From contig JAQWBU010000002.1 of assembly GCA_028706195.1 (NCBI GenBank), positions 1-46,650 on the forward strand: a stretch of DNA of 46,650 nt, given 5' to 3'. Made by a program: the position numbers and the translations under genes. Position 1 is the stretch's first letter. The number at the start of each line of letters is the position of its first letter. This DNA comes from Eubacteriales bacterium. GTDB lineage: Bacteria; Bacillota; Clostridia; Saccharofermentanales; DTU023. Under the pieces are notes generated by a model, which saw only the letters and a list, made by a program, of their open reading frames with translations, was not told where the DNA came from and made no database searches. This document shows, piece by piece, positions 7,880 through 16,660 of the stretch.

Positions 7880-10305
7880 CTGAACATTGCCTCCGGTACC
7901 CAGAGCAGGGCGAAAGCCTTGACTGTGATATCACGTTTCAAGGGCTTAATCTGCACTGTCTCCACATTCTCGGACGCAGTGTCATAGACAGCAGCCAGAT
8001 CACTTAAAGCTTGCTCCGTTTCCGCGTCGAGTTCTGTTTTTTCCGCGACTAAACGTTCCAGAGCTTGCTCTGCGCGAACGATATCTTCGGCTTGTCTCTT
8101 GGAGCGGCTGGCGCTTTTGGCCGCAGTGCCGGCTCTGCCCACTGAGGATTGACTAACCAGTGATTTACCCAACAATGCTCCTAAAACAGCTGAACCGAAA
8201 GATATCGCCGTCTGCCTCTTGGCATCTTTGGACTGCTCCGTCTCGCGGTCAACTCTTTCTTCAGCCCTGATAATCTTTCCTTCCAGTGTTTTCTGCTTTA
8301 TCTCGAACTGATCCTTAAGCTTATCCAAAGCAGCATCGCGCTCTTCCCTGGCTGCCAGTTGCACACGCGCTGCGAAATCACGCTCCGTCTCCCCGGGTTC
8401 TGAGAACATCTTCAGTTCCTTGTGGGTGTAATAATCCAGAGTGTCGTTGCGATAAGCATGATCAACTGCCAGTCTTTGCCACTGAGTGAAATTTGTTTTC
8501 TTGCGGGCATCAGCGGGCAGGGGCGCATAGGTCGCTCCAGCCGGAGCCTGATCCTCGCTCTTAATCTCACCTGGTTCATAGACGTGTGATTCATTCCAGT
8601 CAACCGTGACCAGATCATCATTTAAGGGGGTGATACGCAGCAGCTCGCGATCCTTGCTGATTGAGTGTTTTTCGTTATCATAATGGATACTGAGATAGGC
8701 CAATAGGGCCGGCACATATTTGCCACCCAACGCTGTGGTGTCGTGCAGGTAGTAGACCGGGATTCCGGCTGTCGCAATGGGTGCCTGAGTAATTTGACCA
8801 CTCTGAACTACCGCTTCTGTAGTTTCCGGTGGCTCAGTCTCTGTCTGAGCAGGTGCAGGCACAGTATCAATAATTGTAGGAGAAACTTCAGTGTCAATTT
8901 TATCTGCAGCCTCCATGCCGGCTCGGGCAAGCAAAGCGGTCTGGTCTCTGGACAAAGGCCCTGCTAAATAAGACATACAGAAGCGGGTAGTAAATAAGGT
9001 CGGTTCTTTTTCCGAAGGACGCCGCAGAAGGAATTGGCGCTTCTCCAAATTTGCGATCGTTTCTGAAAGACTGCCTCGTTCCAGGCCTACTTGAGCTGTA
9101 TCTACCATACCTTCCAGCAAACGTGAGCGGTCCCGCTCTGTGCTAAGGCGGCCAATAAACCAGCTGCCTATGTTAGAGAGACCTTTGTAATCCAAATCAG
9201 CCGGGTTTTGAGTTGCCAGAACTATTCCCAGTCCATAGGCTCTTGCCTGTTTCAGTAAGGTCAAAAGCGGCAGCTTGGACGGCGGGTTTGCTACCGGCGG
9301 GAAATAGCCGAAAATCTCATCCATGTAAAAGAGAGCTCTCAGGCTGTCTGTTCCTTGCTTATTGCGCATCCAGGTGATCATCTGATTCAGGAGCAAGGTC
9401 ACAAAAAACATGCGTTCTGCGTCCGACAGATGCGACAGGGAAAGAATCGAAAGCCGCGGCTTCCCTTCAGCCGTATAAAGCAAACTGTCTATATTCAAAG
9501 GTTCGCCTTGCAGAAAGCTGGAGAAGGATGGAGAAGCCAAAATAGAGTTTAATTGCAAAGCCAGATCGAAACGGTTTTTCTCCGGGAAAAAAGTCTCAAT
9601 ATCCATGACACCGATGGTCTTAACCGGCGGATTCTGAACAGCCTGGATCAGATGCGGCAGATCGGCAGCTTTACCTTCACGCCAGCGCTGCCGGATTATT
9701 TCAGACAGGAAAACATGTTCGCGGCTTTTGATGGGGTCCGCTTCAATGCCAATCAGGTGCAGGAGGCTGCTGGTAGCCGAAACAACCATGTCATTTAAGA
9801 TTTCCGTCTCTTTCTCCTGCGGTGCATCAAAGAGACCTTCGACTGATAGAGGTCTGCCAAACAGTCCGCCCGGAGTGTAGAGCGCGAAGTCGCTGCGCTC
9901 ACGCATTACACGAATACGATCTCCGGTCTGGGTAGAAGCAGTCAGACCTGCGCGCCAGGCCTCGGCCTTCTCTTCAGCCAATTCGTTGACTGTAATCCCC
10001 TTGGCTTTGGCTTCACCTTCCTGCACCCAGGGTCGGAACTCTTCAGCTGTTAATCCGGGGAAAGACAAAAGCAAGTTGCCCATATCTCCTTTGGGGTCGA
10101 CAATAATAGCAGGAATGCCGTCCATGGCTGCTTCCTCGAGCATGGCGATGCCGAGACCGGTCTTACCGCTGCCTGTCATACCGACGCAAATCGCGTGTGT
10201 TCTCAATTCTCTTGAGTCAAACAACATGAAATCCGGGCGACCATCGCCGTCTCGATCCTCATTGACTGTTCCTAAATAGAATTGTCCGAGTTTTTCATAT
10301 TCCAT
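7876..10305 (-). CDS. Large HerA/FtsK-superfamily P-loop ATPase (DUF87/DUF853-like) with a coiled-coil C-terminal half; function unknown
   Basis: 809 aa. Walker A GMTGSGKTG followed by IIVDPKGD, Walker B LFYMDEIFGYF, and an LATQNPADLD sensor region. After a Thr/Pro/Glu linker, the C-terminal ~340 aa contains coiled coil and a hydrophobic AISFGSAVLGALLG stretch. Confidence 0.75.
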   Translation of the reverse strand: MEYEKLGQFYLGTVNEDRDGDGRPDFMLFDSRELRTHAICVGMTGSGKTGLGIAMLEEAAMDGIPAIIVDPKGDMGNLLLSFPGLTAEEFRPWVQEGEAKAKGITVNELAEEKAEAWRAGLTASTQTGDRIRVMRERSDFALYTPGGLFGRPLSVEGLFDAPQEKETEILNDMVVSATSSLLHLIGIEADPIKSREHVFLSEIIRQRWREGKAADLPHLIQAVQNPPVKTIGVMDIETFFPEKNRFDLALQLNSILASPSFSSFLQGEPLNIDSLLYTAEGKPRLSILSLSHLSDAERMFFVTLLLNQMITWMRNKQGTDSLRALFYMDEIFGYFPPVANPPSKLPLLTLLKQARAYGLGIVLATQNPADLDYKGLSNIGSWFIGRLSTERDRSRLLEGMVDTAQVGLERGSLSETIANLEKRQFLLRRPSEKEPTLFTTRFCMSYLAGPLSRDQTALLARAGMEAADKIDTEVSPTIIDTVPAPAQTETEPPETTEAVVQSGQITQAPIATAGIPVYYLHDTTALGGKYVPALLAYLSIHYDNEKHSISKDRELLRITPLNDDLVTVDWNESHVYEPGEIKSEDQAPAGATYAPLPADARKKTNFTQWQRLAVDHAYRNDTLDYYTHKELKMFSEPGETERDFAARVQLAAREERDAALDKLKDQFEIKQKTLEGKIIRAEERVDRETEQSKDAKRQTAISFGSAVLGALLGKSLVSQSSVGRAGTAAKSASRSKRQAEDIVRAEQALERLVAEKTELDAETEQALSDLAAVYDTASENVETVQIKPLKRDITVKAFALLWVPEAMFS

Positions 10306-10323
10306 AAACGTCCCCTTTTCCCT

Positions 10324-10355
10324 GAAAAAAACAGAGCGCGGTGGCTGCCGCGCTC
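10324..10355 (-). terminator. Intrinsic terminator after the thrC-like gene
   Basis: On the minus strand: GAGCGCGG-CAGCCA-CCGCGCTC (8-bp GC stem) followed by TGTTTTTTT. Confidence 0.8.
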
Positions 10356-10374
10356 ATCTTCATATCATAAGGTC

Positions 10375-11634
10375 CTAGTCAAGGATTCCGCTGGCTTCCA
10401 GCGCTTCAAGAGTAGGCTTGCTCTTAACCGAGCTTCCCGCTGCTGCCAGAGCATTCTTGGTATCTTTCAAACCATTACCGGTAACAATAGCGGTAACGGT
10501 CTCATCCGGCTTGATTATGCCTTGTTCCAGGGCAGCCTTGATTCCGGCTGTACCTGTGACTCCGGCGGGTTCTCCGAAGATGCCTTCAGTGCGACCCAGC
10601 AAACTCATTGCTGCCAGAATCTCAGTGTCGGGCACTGCGATCCATTGACCACCGGAAGCTGCTACTGCACGCTGTGCCTTCACAGGATTACGCGGCACAC
10701 CGACGGAGATCGAATCAGCTAATGTATTTTCGGCAGTTGGCTGCAAGGGTCTGCTCTCAACGCCTGCGTCAACGAAAGGAGAACATCCGGTAGACTGTAC
10801 ACCTAAAATTTTCGGGATACGGTCGATCATACCCATCTCATAAAGGTCACGGAAACCCAGATAAACACCACCGACAGTACAGCCATCGCCGACTGATAGT
10901 ACAACCCAGTCGGTCAGCTCCCAGTTCAGTTGCTCAGCAATCTCCAGCGAAACCGTCTTTTTCCCTTCCGCCATGACCGGATTTATACCGGCATTACGGT
11001 TGAACCAGCCATATTTTTCTATGGCCATTTTGGATAAATCGAAGGTGTCTTTGTAGTCGCCAATGACAGAAACCACTTTGGCACCGAAAATTAACATCTG
11101 AGCCAACTTACCTTCCGGCGCACGCTCAGGTACAAAGATGACACTCTTCAATCCCATGCGGGCGGCATTCCCGGCGCAGGAGGAGGCAGCGTTTCCCGTT
11201 GAGGAACAGGAAATCGTGTCATAACCCAATTCAATCGCTTTGGCGACTGCGACTGCGCTGGCGCGGTCCTTTAAAGAAGCAGTCGGATTCAGTCCGTCGT
11301 CCTTGATGTACAATTTCTTCAGACCGAGCTCATCACCTAAGCGCAAAGATTCATAAAGCGGAGTCCAGCCCACACGCAGAAAGGGCGTGAAATCTCTGTC
11401 CTGCAGCGGCAGGAAAGCTTTATAGCGCCACATGCTGTTAGTGTGGTCCTGAGCCAGACTTTCGCGGGAGACATTCTTCTTGATTTCATCGTAATCATAG
11501 AGAATATCCAAAATACCTTTTTCGCCGCAGTCAGGGCAGGTCAGCATTTCAGCATCGTAAGGGAATTCCTTCTGGCAGAGTGTACACTTGTAGGAACTGA
11601 CATGTGGAATCACGGCTTGTTTCTTCTTGGTCAT
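10375..11634 (-). CDS. thrC: Threonine synthase family PLP enzyme with an N-terminal zinc ribbon
   Basis: 419 aa. CTLC...CPDC ribbon, PLP-lysine motif NPTASLKDRAS, and GNAA/GDG motifs of fold-type II PLP enzymes. AAGGAGG RBS. Confidence 0.78.
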   Translation of the reverse strand: MTKKKQAVIPHVSSYKCTLCQKEFPYDAEMLTCPDCGEKGILDILYDYDEIKKNVSRESLAQDHTNSMWRYKAFLPLQDRDFTPFLRVGWTPLYESLRLGDELGLKKLYIKDDGLNPTASLKDRASAVAVAKAIELGYDTISCSSTGNAASSCAGNAARMGLKSVIFVPERAPEGKLAQMLIFGAKVVSVIGDYKDTFDLSKMAIEKYGWFNRNAGINPVMAEGKKTVSLEIAEQLNWELTDWVVLSVGDGCTVGGVYLGFRDLYEMGMIDRIPKILGVQSTGCSPFVDAGVESRPLQPTAENTLADSISVGVPRNPVKAQRAVAASGGQWIAVPDTEILAAMSLLGRTEGIFGEPAGVTGTAGIKAALEQGIIKPDETVTAIVTGNGLKDTKNALAAAGSSVKSKPTLEALEASGILD

Positions 11635-11762
11635 TAAATGGCCTCCTTCGTATTAAGCAAGCTGCAGTAGATAACGCAGGCTTTTATGATTTGAAAATAG
11701 TCTACCATATTGGCTTCTCTGAATGATATAAATCCGGTTCCCTGTGCTAGGATAATGGCAAG

Positions 11763-12422
11763 ATGGAGCGCGATCAGAAGACAATTACAGCGGGAAAGAC
11801 CTTGTGCAGCACGGCCGCTATTCTGGCCGGCGGCAAAGCTGTGCGCATGGGTCAGGATAAACAGTCGCTCAGCAGGGACGGCAAACTCATCGTCCATAAG
11901 CTGATTGCTCAACTAGAAGCTTACTTTGACGAAATAATTGTCGTGACAAACTCAGCGGCCTTGTACCAGGGTCAAAATGTTCTGCTGACGCGGGATAAAT
12001 TACCTTCCCGCGGTCCGATGAGCGGAATTCATGCTGCTCTCAGCGTCGCAGCTTCTCCTTACGTTTATGTCACAGCCTGTGATATGCCGGGTTTCGAACC
12101 GCAACTGCTTGAGCTCTTGCTGCAAAAGTTGGAGTCGTGCCACCCTTGTGACGGCGTAGCTGTGGAAAGAAGGTTCCAAAGCAGAGATGGCAGCATACGA
12201 CTGCGACCTGAAATTTTCCACGCAATTTATGCACAAAGTCTGCTCCCTCAGCTGAAAACTCAGATCCTGTCACAACAAAGCAGGCTCGAACTTTTCATGC
12301 TTGAGTCAAACTTTCAATTTTTGGACGAAAAAAAAGTCCGGCAGTTTTTGCCGGACTGGTCTGTTTTCACTAATATTAATACACCCGAAGAAGCCTGTGC
12401 AGCCGGGATGGATCCGTTGTAA
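11763..12422 (+). CDS. mobA: Molybdenum cofactor guanylyltransferase MobA
   Basis: 219 aa. N-terminal AAILAGGKAVRMGQDK nucleotide-binding signature and the CDMP motif (TACDMPGF). Confidence 0.85.
   Translation: MERDQKTITAGKTLCSTAAILAGGKAVRMGQDKQSLSRDGKLIVHKLIAQLEAYFDEIIVVTNSAALYQGQNVLLTRDKLPSRGPMSGIHAALSVAASPYVYVTACDMPGFEPQLLELLLQKLESCHPCDGVAVERRFQSRDGSIRLRPEIFHAIYAQSLLPQLKTQILSQQSRLELFMLESNFQFLDEKKVRQFLPDWSVFTNINTPEEACAAGMDPL
12328..12357 (-). terminator. Intrinsic terminator of trpS embedded in the 3' coding region of convergent mobA
   Basis: On the minus strand: AGTCCGGCA-AAAAC-TGCCGGACT (9-bp stem) followed by TTTTTTTT (rev-comp of the A8 run at 12328-12335). It lies 74-103 nt downstream of the trpS stop. 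Confidence 0.7.
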
Positions 12423-12430
12423 GGAAATAT

Positions 12431-13513
12431 TTACTCTCCATAGCGTTCCACTGCTTCTTTATAGAAGCTGTTATTTTCAAAGTAGTCGATTCTCATAGCC
12501 TTACGCACGCGTTCCACTGTCTTCTGCGCTTTGGCGGAAGCCACCATGCTCGCATCTTCCAGGATTGCAATTACTTCAGGTATACGGGCTTCCCAATAAG
12601 CACGTCTCTCGCGAATAGGTGCCAATATGTCTTCCAGCACATCAATCAGGAAACGTTTTACCTTCACATCCCCAAGACCGCCACGCTGATAGTGAGCCTT
12701 TATGGCTTCAAGATCGGCATACTCCGGCCAGAAACGTTCAACATGCTCAGTTGTGGCAAAGGCATCCAGATACGTGAATACTGTGTTTCCTTCAAGCTTC
12801 CCGGGATCTTCCACACGTAGGTGATCCGGATCGGTAAACATGGACATCACTTTTTCTTTGATCTCTTTGGGACTATCACTTAAATAAATACAGTTGCCCA
12901 GAGATTTACTCATCTTGGCCTGACCATCGGTTCCGGGAAGTCTCAGAGAGGCCTCGTTTTCCGGCAGCAGAATTTCCGGCAACACCAGCGTTTCGCCGTA
13001 GGTACTGTTGAACTTATGCACGATCTCCCTGCACTGTTCCAGCATCGGTGCCTGATCTTCGCCTACCGGTACCAAAGTCGCATCAAACGCCGTGATATCG
13101 GCCGCCTGGCTGATGGGATAGATAAAGAAGCCGACCGGAATACTGGATTCAAAACCGCGCATCTCAATCTCCGATTTCACCGTGGGATTGCGGCGCAAGC
13201 GGGAGACGGTGACCAGATTTGTATAGTAAAAGCATAGCTCAGTCAACTGATATACTGCCGACTGAACAAATAAGGTGGATATAGTTGGATCAAGCCCCAC
13301 AGAGAGATTATCGAGAGCCACTTCCAGAACATTCTCGCGAATCTTTTCCGGGTTGTCCGCATTGTCAGTCAGAGCCTGAGCATCGGCGATCATGATGTAG
13401 ATTTCATCAAAATCCCCTGAGTTCTGCAGCTCTACGCGCCGGCGCAAAGACCCTACATAGTGTCCCAGATGCAGCTTGCCTGTCGGCCGGTCGCCGGTAA
13501 GAATAATATTCAT
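12431..13513 (-). CDS. trpS: Tryptophan--tRNA ligase
   Basis: 360 aa. HIGH-type motif [16 protein letters not shown] motif present, and class Ic TrpRS-like core. Confidence 0.93.
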   Translation of the reverse strand: MNIILTGDRPTGKLHLGHYVGSLRRRVELQNSGDFDEIYIMIADAQALTDNADNPEKIRENVLEVALDNLSVGLDPTISTLFVQSAVYQLTELCFYYTNLVTVSRLRRNPTVKSEIEMRGFESSIPVGFFIYPISQAADITAFDATLVPVGEDQAPMLEQCREIVHKFNSTYGETLVLPEILLPENEASLRLPGTDGQAKMSKSLGNCIYLSDSPKEIKEKVMSMFTDPDHLRVEDPGKLEGNTVFTYLDAFATTEHVERFWPEYADLEAIKAHYQRGGLGDVKVKRFLIDVLEDILAPIRERRAYWEARIPEVIAILEDASMVASAKAQKTVERVRKAMRIDYFENNSFYKEAVERYGE

Positions 13514-13587
13514 AAGAGAAAGTCTCCTTCCAAATAGCTAGTCTTTCAAATGCTAATTCTAACAGATTTCGTAAGCAGGCTAGAGAA

Positions 13588-13615
13588 ATTGTAGCAAAGC
13601 ACGTTTAATAAACAA
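13588..13615 (-). promoter_or_regulatory. Putative trpS promoter (extended -10)
   Basis: On the minus strand: TTGTTT, 16 nt, TGcTACAAT. It leaves a leader of about 75 nt. Confidence 0.4.
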
Positions 13616-13699
13616 AATTTCTCTAAATCAGTTTCCGGCATTTGCTTGTATAAATCAATTTCAGATAAACTGAGGCGGTGGACGTTTGAGGAGATTTAA

Positions 13700-14881
13700 G
13701 TGATTAGAAGACGAAACAAGATCCTGATCGCACTGGCGGTGTTCTGCACGGCTTTGCTATCCCGGGCACCGCTAGGCAGCATAGGCCAATTAATTCCATT
13801 CATTCAATGTGATTTGGCGCTCTCAGCTGCCGCTGCCGGCTCTGTGACAACTCTTATCTCCATTATGTTCGCAGTGATGGCCCCGATCGGAGGCTATCTT
13901 TCAGCAAAAGTAAATGCAAAGAAGCTGATTTATCTCAGTGTCCTCGTTGCTTTTGCAGGCACATTGCTACGCACTGTCTGGGGAAGTTTTGGTCTTCTCA
14001 CAGGAACTCTGCTAATAGGCGCCGCCCTTGGGGTGATCAATGTCCAATTACCCATCTTTATCAGAAATCAATTCCCGCGACAGGTCGGCTTATTCATGGG
14101 CATGTACACGGCGACCATGACCATATCAAACGGACTTGCTTTTGCTACTGTAATTCCTCTGATGAAATGGACCGGAAACTGGCAGGGGTCGCTTCGAATA
14201 TTAGCACTTCTAGCTTTACCGGCGCTTATTGTCTGGCTTTTCGTAGCGAGAAAATCACTTAAAACAAACGAATCAGGGATTAAGCTGGATCTTTCCTGGT
14301 CAAAAATGCAAGCGTACCTGCCCTTGGGTCTCCTGTATGGTATGCAGGGACTCCTTTATTTCTCCACTACAGCCTGGCTTCCCACCATCCTTATGGGGCA
14401 AGGCAGAACCAGCAACGAGTCAGCTTTTTTAATGGTATTGTTGCAGTTGATCAGTCTGCCAACGAATTTCACCTGCGGCTCAATCATGCAAAGGAGTTCA
14501 AGAAAATGGCAGATGGCTCTCTGGGGTTCAGGATTATTCCTTAGCGGTTTATTCTTTGTTGGCTTAGCTCAGGAAAAACTCTTACTACATCTTATTGCCA
14601 TCCTTCTAATGGGTTTAGGAAATGGAATAATGTTTGCGATGCCGTTTGCTCTGCTTGGCTTCTCCGGCAAAAACCGGGAAGAAAACACAAATATATCTAC
14701 ATTCGTACTCTTAATCGGTTATACGGTAGCAGCAATCGGTCCGTTTGTTTTGGGTTATCTATATGATCTTACACAAAGTTGGACCTTGCCAATAGTCTTC
14801 ATGATGGCATGCTCCGTTGCCTATTTCATTTTTGGAAAAAAGGCGGGAGATCTTGTGGATAAAGGGTTAGACAGATTCTAG
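13700..14881 (+). CDS. MFS transporter (CynX/NimT-like, 12 TM)
   Basis: 393 aa and highly hydrophobic, with about 12 predicted TM segments. GTG start has GAGGAG 6 nt upstream. Confidence 0.8.
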   Translation: MIRRRNKILIALAVFCTALLSRAPLGSIGQLIPFIQCDLALSAAAAGSVTTLISIMFAVMAPIGGYLSAKVNAKKLIYLSVLVAFAGTLLRTVWGSFGLLTGTLLIGAALGVINVQLPIFIRNQFPRQVGLFMGMYTATMTISNGLAFATVIPLMKWTGNWQGSLRILALLALPALIVWLFVARKSLKTNESGIKLDLSWSKMQAYLPLGLLYGMQGLLYFSTTAWLPTILMGQGRTSNESAFLMVLLQLISLPTNFTCGSIMQRSSRKWQMALWGSGLFLSGLFFVGLAQEKLLLHLIAILLMGLGNGIMFAMPFALLGFSGKNREENTNISTFVLLIGYTVAAIGPFVLGYLYDLTQSWTLPIVFMMACSVAYFIFGKKAGDLVDKGLDRF

Positions 14882-15543
14882 ATTTCTTCATGCTCCTCAA
14901 ATTTTGCACCATAATCAGAAAAGCGGTCGAGCATCATTGACATTTCCGCTTCATCCAGAAGCACGGGTTCACCGAGTGACTTAGTGTTGAAATATAGTTG
15001 ACAGCAAAACTCTATTTCTTCTGTCACGCTGAAAGCTGTTGCTAAGTCGCTGCCCCCTGCCAGTAAACCATGATTCGCTAAAAGGCAGGCTTTGCGGTCT
15101 TCCATTGCTTTGAAGGCGTTTTTCGCCAGACGCACTGTGCCGTAGGTTGCATATTCTGCACAGCGAACATTAATTCCTCCATGAGCAACCAGGTAATGCA
15201 CTGCAGGCAAATCCCAGCGCATACAGGCCAGAGTCGCAGCATAAGTCGAGTGTGCGTGAACGATTGCTTTGATATCATCCCGATATTTATAAAAAATACG
15301 ATGCATGTCCCGTTCGCTGGAGGGAAGTTCCTTTCCTTCGACAATGTCGCCGGTCTCCACGTCGATTAAGACAATATGCTCTTCTCTCATTTCATGGTAA
15401 GGAATGCCACTAGGAGTAATGGCCATTAAATTCAGATCCGGATCCCAGACACTTAGATTACCTCCGGTGCCTTTTGTTAAGCCGGAGTCATACAGTTTCT
15501 TGCCGTACTCAACTATCTCTTGTCTTTCGGATCTCATTCTCAT
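14878..15543 (-). CDS. Class II aldolase/adducin-domain protein (FucA/AraD-like)
   Basis: 221 aa. GTGGNLS phosphate-binding motif, metal-binding HAHS and HGLL histidines. Confidence 0.85.
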   Translation of the reverse strand: MRMRSERQEIVEYGKKLYDSGLTKGTGGNLSVWDPDLNLMAITPSGIPYHEMREEHIVLIDVETGDIVEGKELPSSERDMHRIFYKYRDDIKAIVHAHSTYAATLACMRWDLPAVHYLVAHGGINVRCAEYATYGTVRLAKNAFKAMEDRKACLLANHGLLAGGSDLATAFSVTEEIEFCCQLYFNTKSLGEPVLLDEAEMSMMLDRFSDYGAKFEEHEEI

Positions 15544-15654
15544 ATAACACCTCTCAAATCATCCTCTGGTACTTTGGAACATTCTAGCAGAGACTAAGGA
15601 GCTTGTTGAAAACAGAAATATAATTTTAGTATCTAATTTGTATCACCCAATAAT

Positions 15655-15688
15655 AAAAGCCCTGCGATTACAAAATCACAGAGCTTTT
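15655..15688 (-). terminator. Probable terminator of the tRNA-Asp/tRNA-Phe transcription unit
   Basis: Imperfect 15-bp stem (2 mismatches) with a 4-nt loop, directly after the tRNA-Phe CCA end. A U-rich 3' side follows on the minus strand. Confidence 0.45.
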
Positions 15689-15689
15689 A

Positions 15690-15765
<76 letters not shown>

Positions 15766-15796
15766 AAACAAGTGCCGGCTCTAAGACCGGCACTCG

Positions 15797-15873
15797 TGGC
15801 GACGCAGAAGGGGCTCGAACCCTCGACCTCCAGCGTGACAGGCTGGCATTCTAACCAACTGAACTACTGCGCC
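15797..15873 (-). tRNA. tRNA-Asp (anticodon GTC), CCA encoded
   Basis: Rev-comp GGCGCAGTAGTTCAGTTGGTTAGAATGCCAGCCTGTCACGCTGGAGGTCGAGGGTTCGAGCCCCTTCTGCGTCGCCA forms a cloverleaf. Anticodon loop is CTGTCAC. Confidence 0.97.
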
Positions 15874-15897
15874 GTGTTTGCCTTCTAAGGCTTCGAC

Positions 15898-15927
15898 AGT
15901 GTATCAGATTTGTAGGAGGATTGTCAA
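15898..15927 (-). promoter_or_regulatory. Putative promoter of the tRNA pair
   Basis: On the minus strand: TTGACA (15922-15927), 18 nt, TACACT (15898-15903). It lies about 25 nt upstream of the tRNA-Asp 5' end. Confidence 0.45.
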
Positions 15928-15953
15928 TTCTTTAAATCTCATAATCCTTAGTA

Positions 15954-16655
15954 TTAATTATTATATAAATCTGAATTTTTTTTCAAGAGAACTGTTGAAT
16001 CACCAGCATCCACATCATGGATCCGGATAGACGGATGATCCAGTATTTTCCTTCGACGCTGATCCAATAAGTCCATTTCTTCCCGACTTAAATGCGCCAG
16101 ACGTACGTTACTTCTGTCGCGTCCCTTTTTCCACACGATAATCTGACCGGGTTTTTCATCCTGTTCAAGCCAATAGATTAGTGTTTCATAAAATCTATCG
16201 ATTAAAAGCTCCTCGCCACCCACTTCATCCCATAACATCAATTCCGGTGTTTCGTCCTGATATACCTGCTCCGGAGACATGTAATCCGCCAGTTTCAGGA
16301 ATGATTCACGGTCAAACTCTACTTTGTCTTTATCTCTGTGCAAAAAATACTCAATATCGGTGGGTAGCTGATCAGGATATTCAATCGTCAATTTTGATGG
16401 AATTACAGATGCAGGCAGCAAAATATGCTGAAAGGCGACCCGTTTACCTTCGGTGCTGCGATGTCGGACGGTGGTGTAACCGCGGACCGAAGCACTGAAA
16501 TCACGTAGAAACTCCTGAACCACAGTCGACTTGCCGGAGCCGCTTTTGCCTGTGAGGAGGATAGTGCTAAACCCCGCTTGCTGACGATACAAATCTTCCA
16601 GCTTTGACATGGCTTCTTTTTGTGAACTTAATAACTGCAATCGCTGCTCAAGCAT
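15954..16655 (-). CDS. P-loop NTPase, THEP1/NTPase_1-like
   Basis: 233 aa. Walker A LLTGKSGSGKST, a GYTT...EGKRVAF segment, and Walker B-like LMLWDEVGGEEL. This layout resembles the THEP1 nucleoside-triphosphatase family. It starts 5 nt after the XdhC stop. Confidence 0.6.
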   Translation of the reverse strand: MLEQRLQLLSSQKEAMSKLEDLYRQQAGFSTILLTGKSGSGKSTVVQEFLRDFSASVRGYTTVRHRSTEGKRVAFQHILLPASVIPSKLTIEYPDQLPTDIEYFLHRDKDKVEFDRESFLKLADYMSPEQVYQDETPELMLWDEVGGEELLIDRFYETLIYWLEQDEKPGQIIVWKKGRDRSNVRLAHLSREEMDLLDQRRRKILDHPSIRIHDVDAGDSTVLLKKNSDLYNN

Positions 16656-16660
16656 GTTTC

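Noticed and set aside
10282-10722. 146-aa plus-strand ORF, plus other small ORFs overlapping thrC
   Set aside because: It lies antisense to the ThrC-family gene and spans its terminator. The sequence is Cys/Ser-rich and low-complexity, with no RBS.
13514-13699. Possible T-box leader upstream of trpS
   Set aside because: Firmicutes trpS genes are often T-box regulated. Here the predicted leader is only about 75 nt, and I found no T-box sequence (rev-comp of AAnnnGGGTGGTACCGCG), specifier-loop architecture or terminator/antiterminator pair.
15771-15794. Shared 9-mer CCGGCTCTA between the tRNA spacer hairpin (15771-15794) and the hut palindrome (20938-20961), as a possible REP-like repeat family
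   Set aside because: There are only two copies, with different stem sequences and contexts. A 9-mer match in GC-rich stems is compatible with chance. It would need a genome-wide count.
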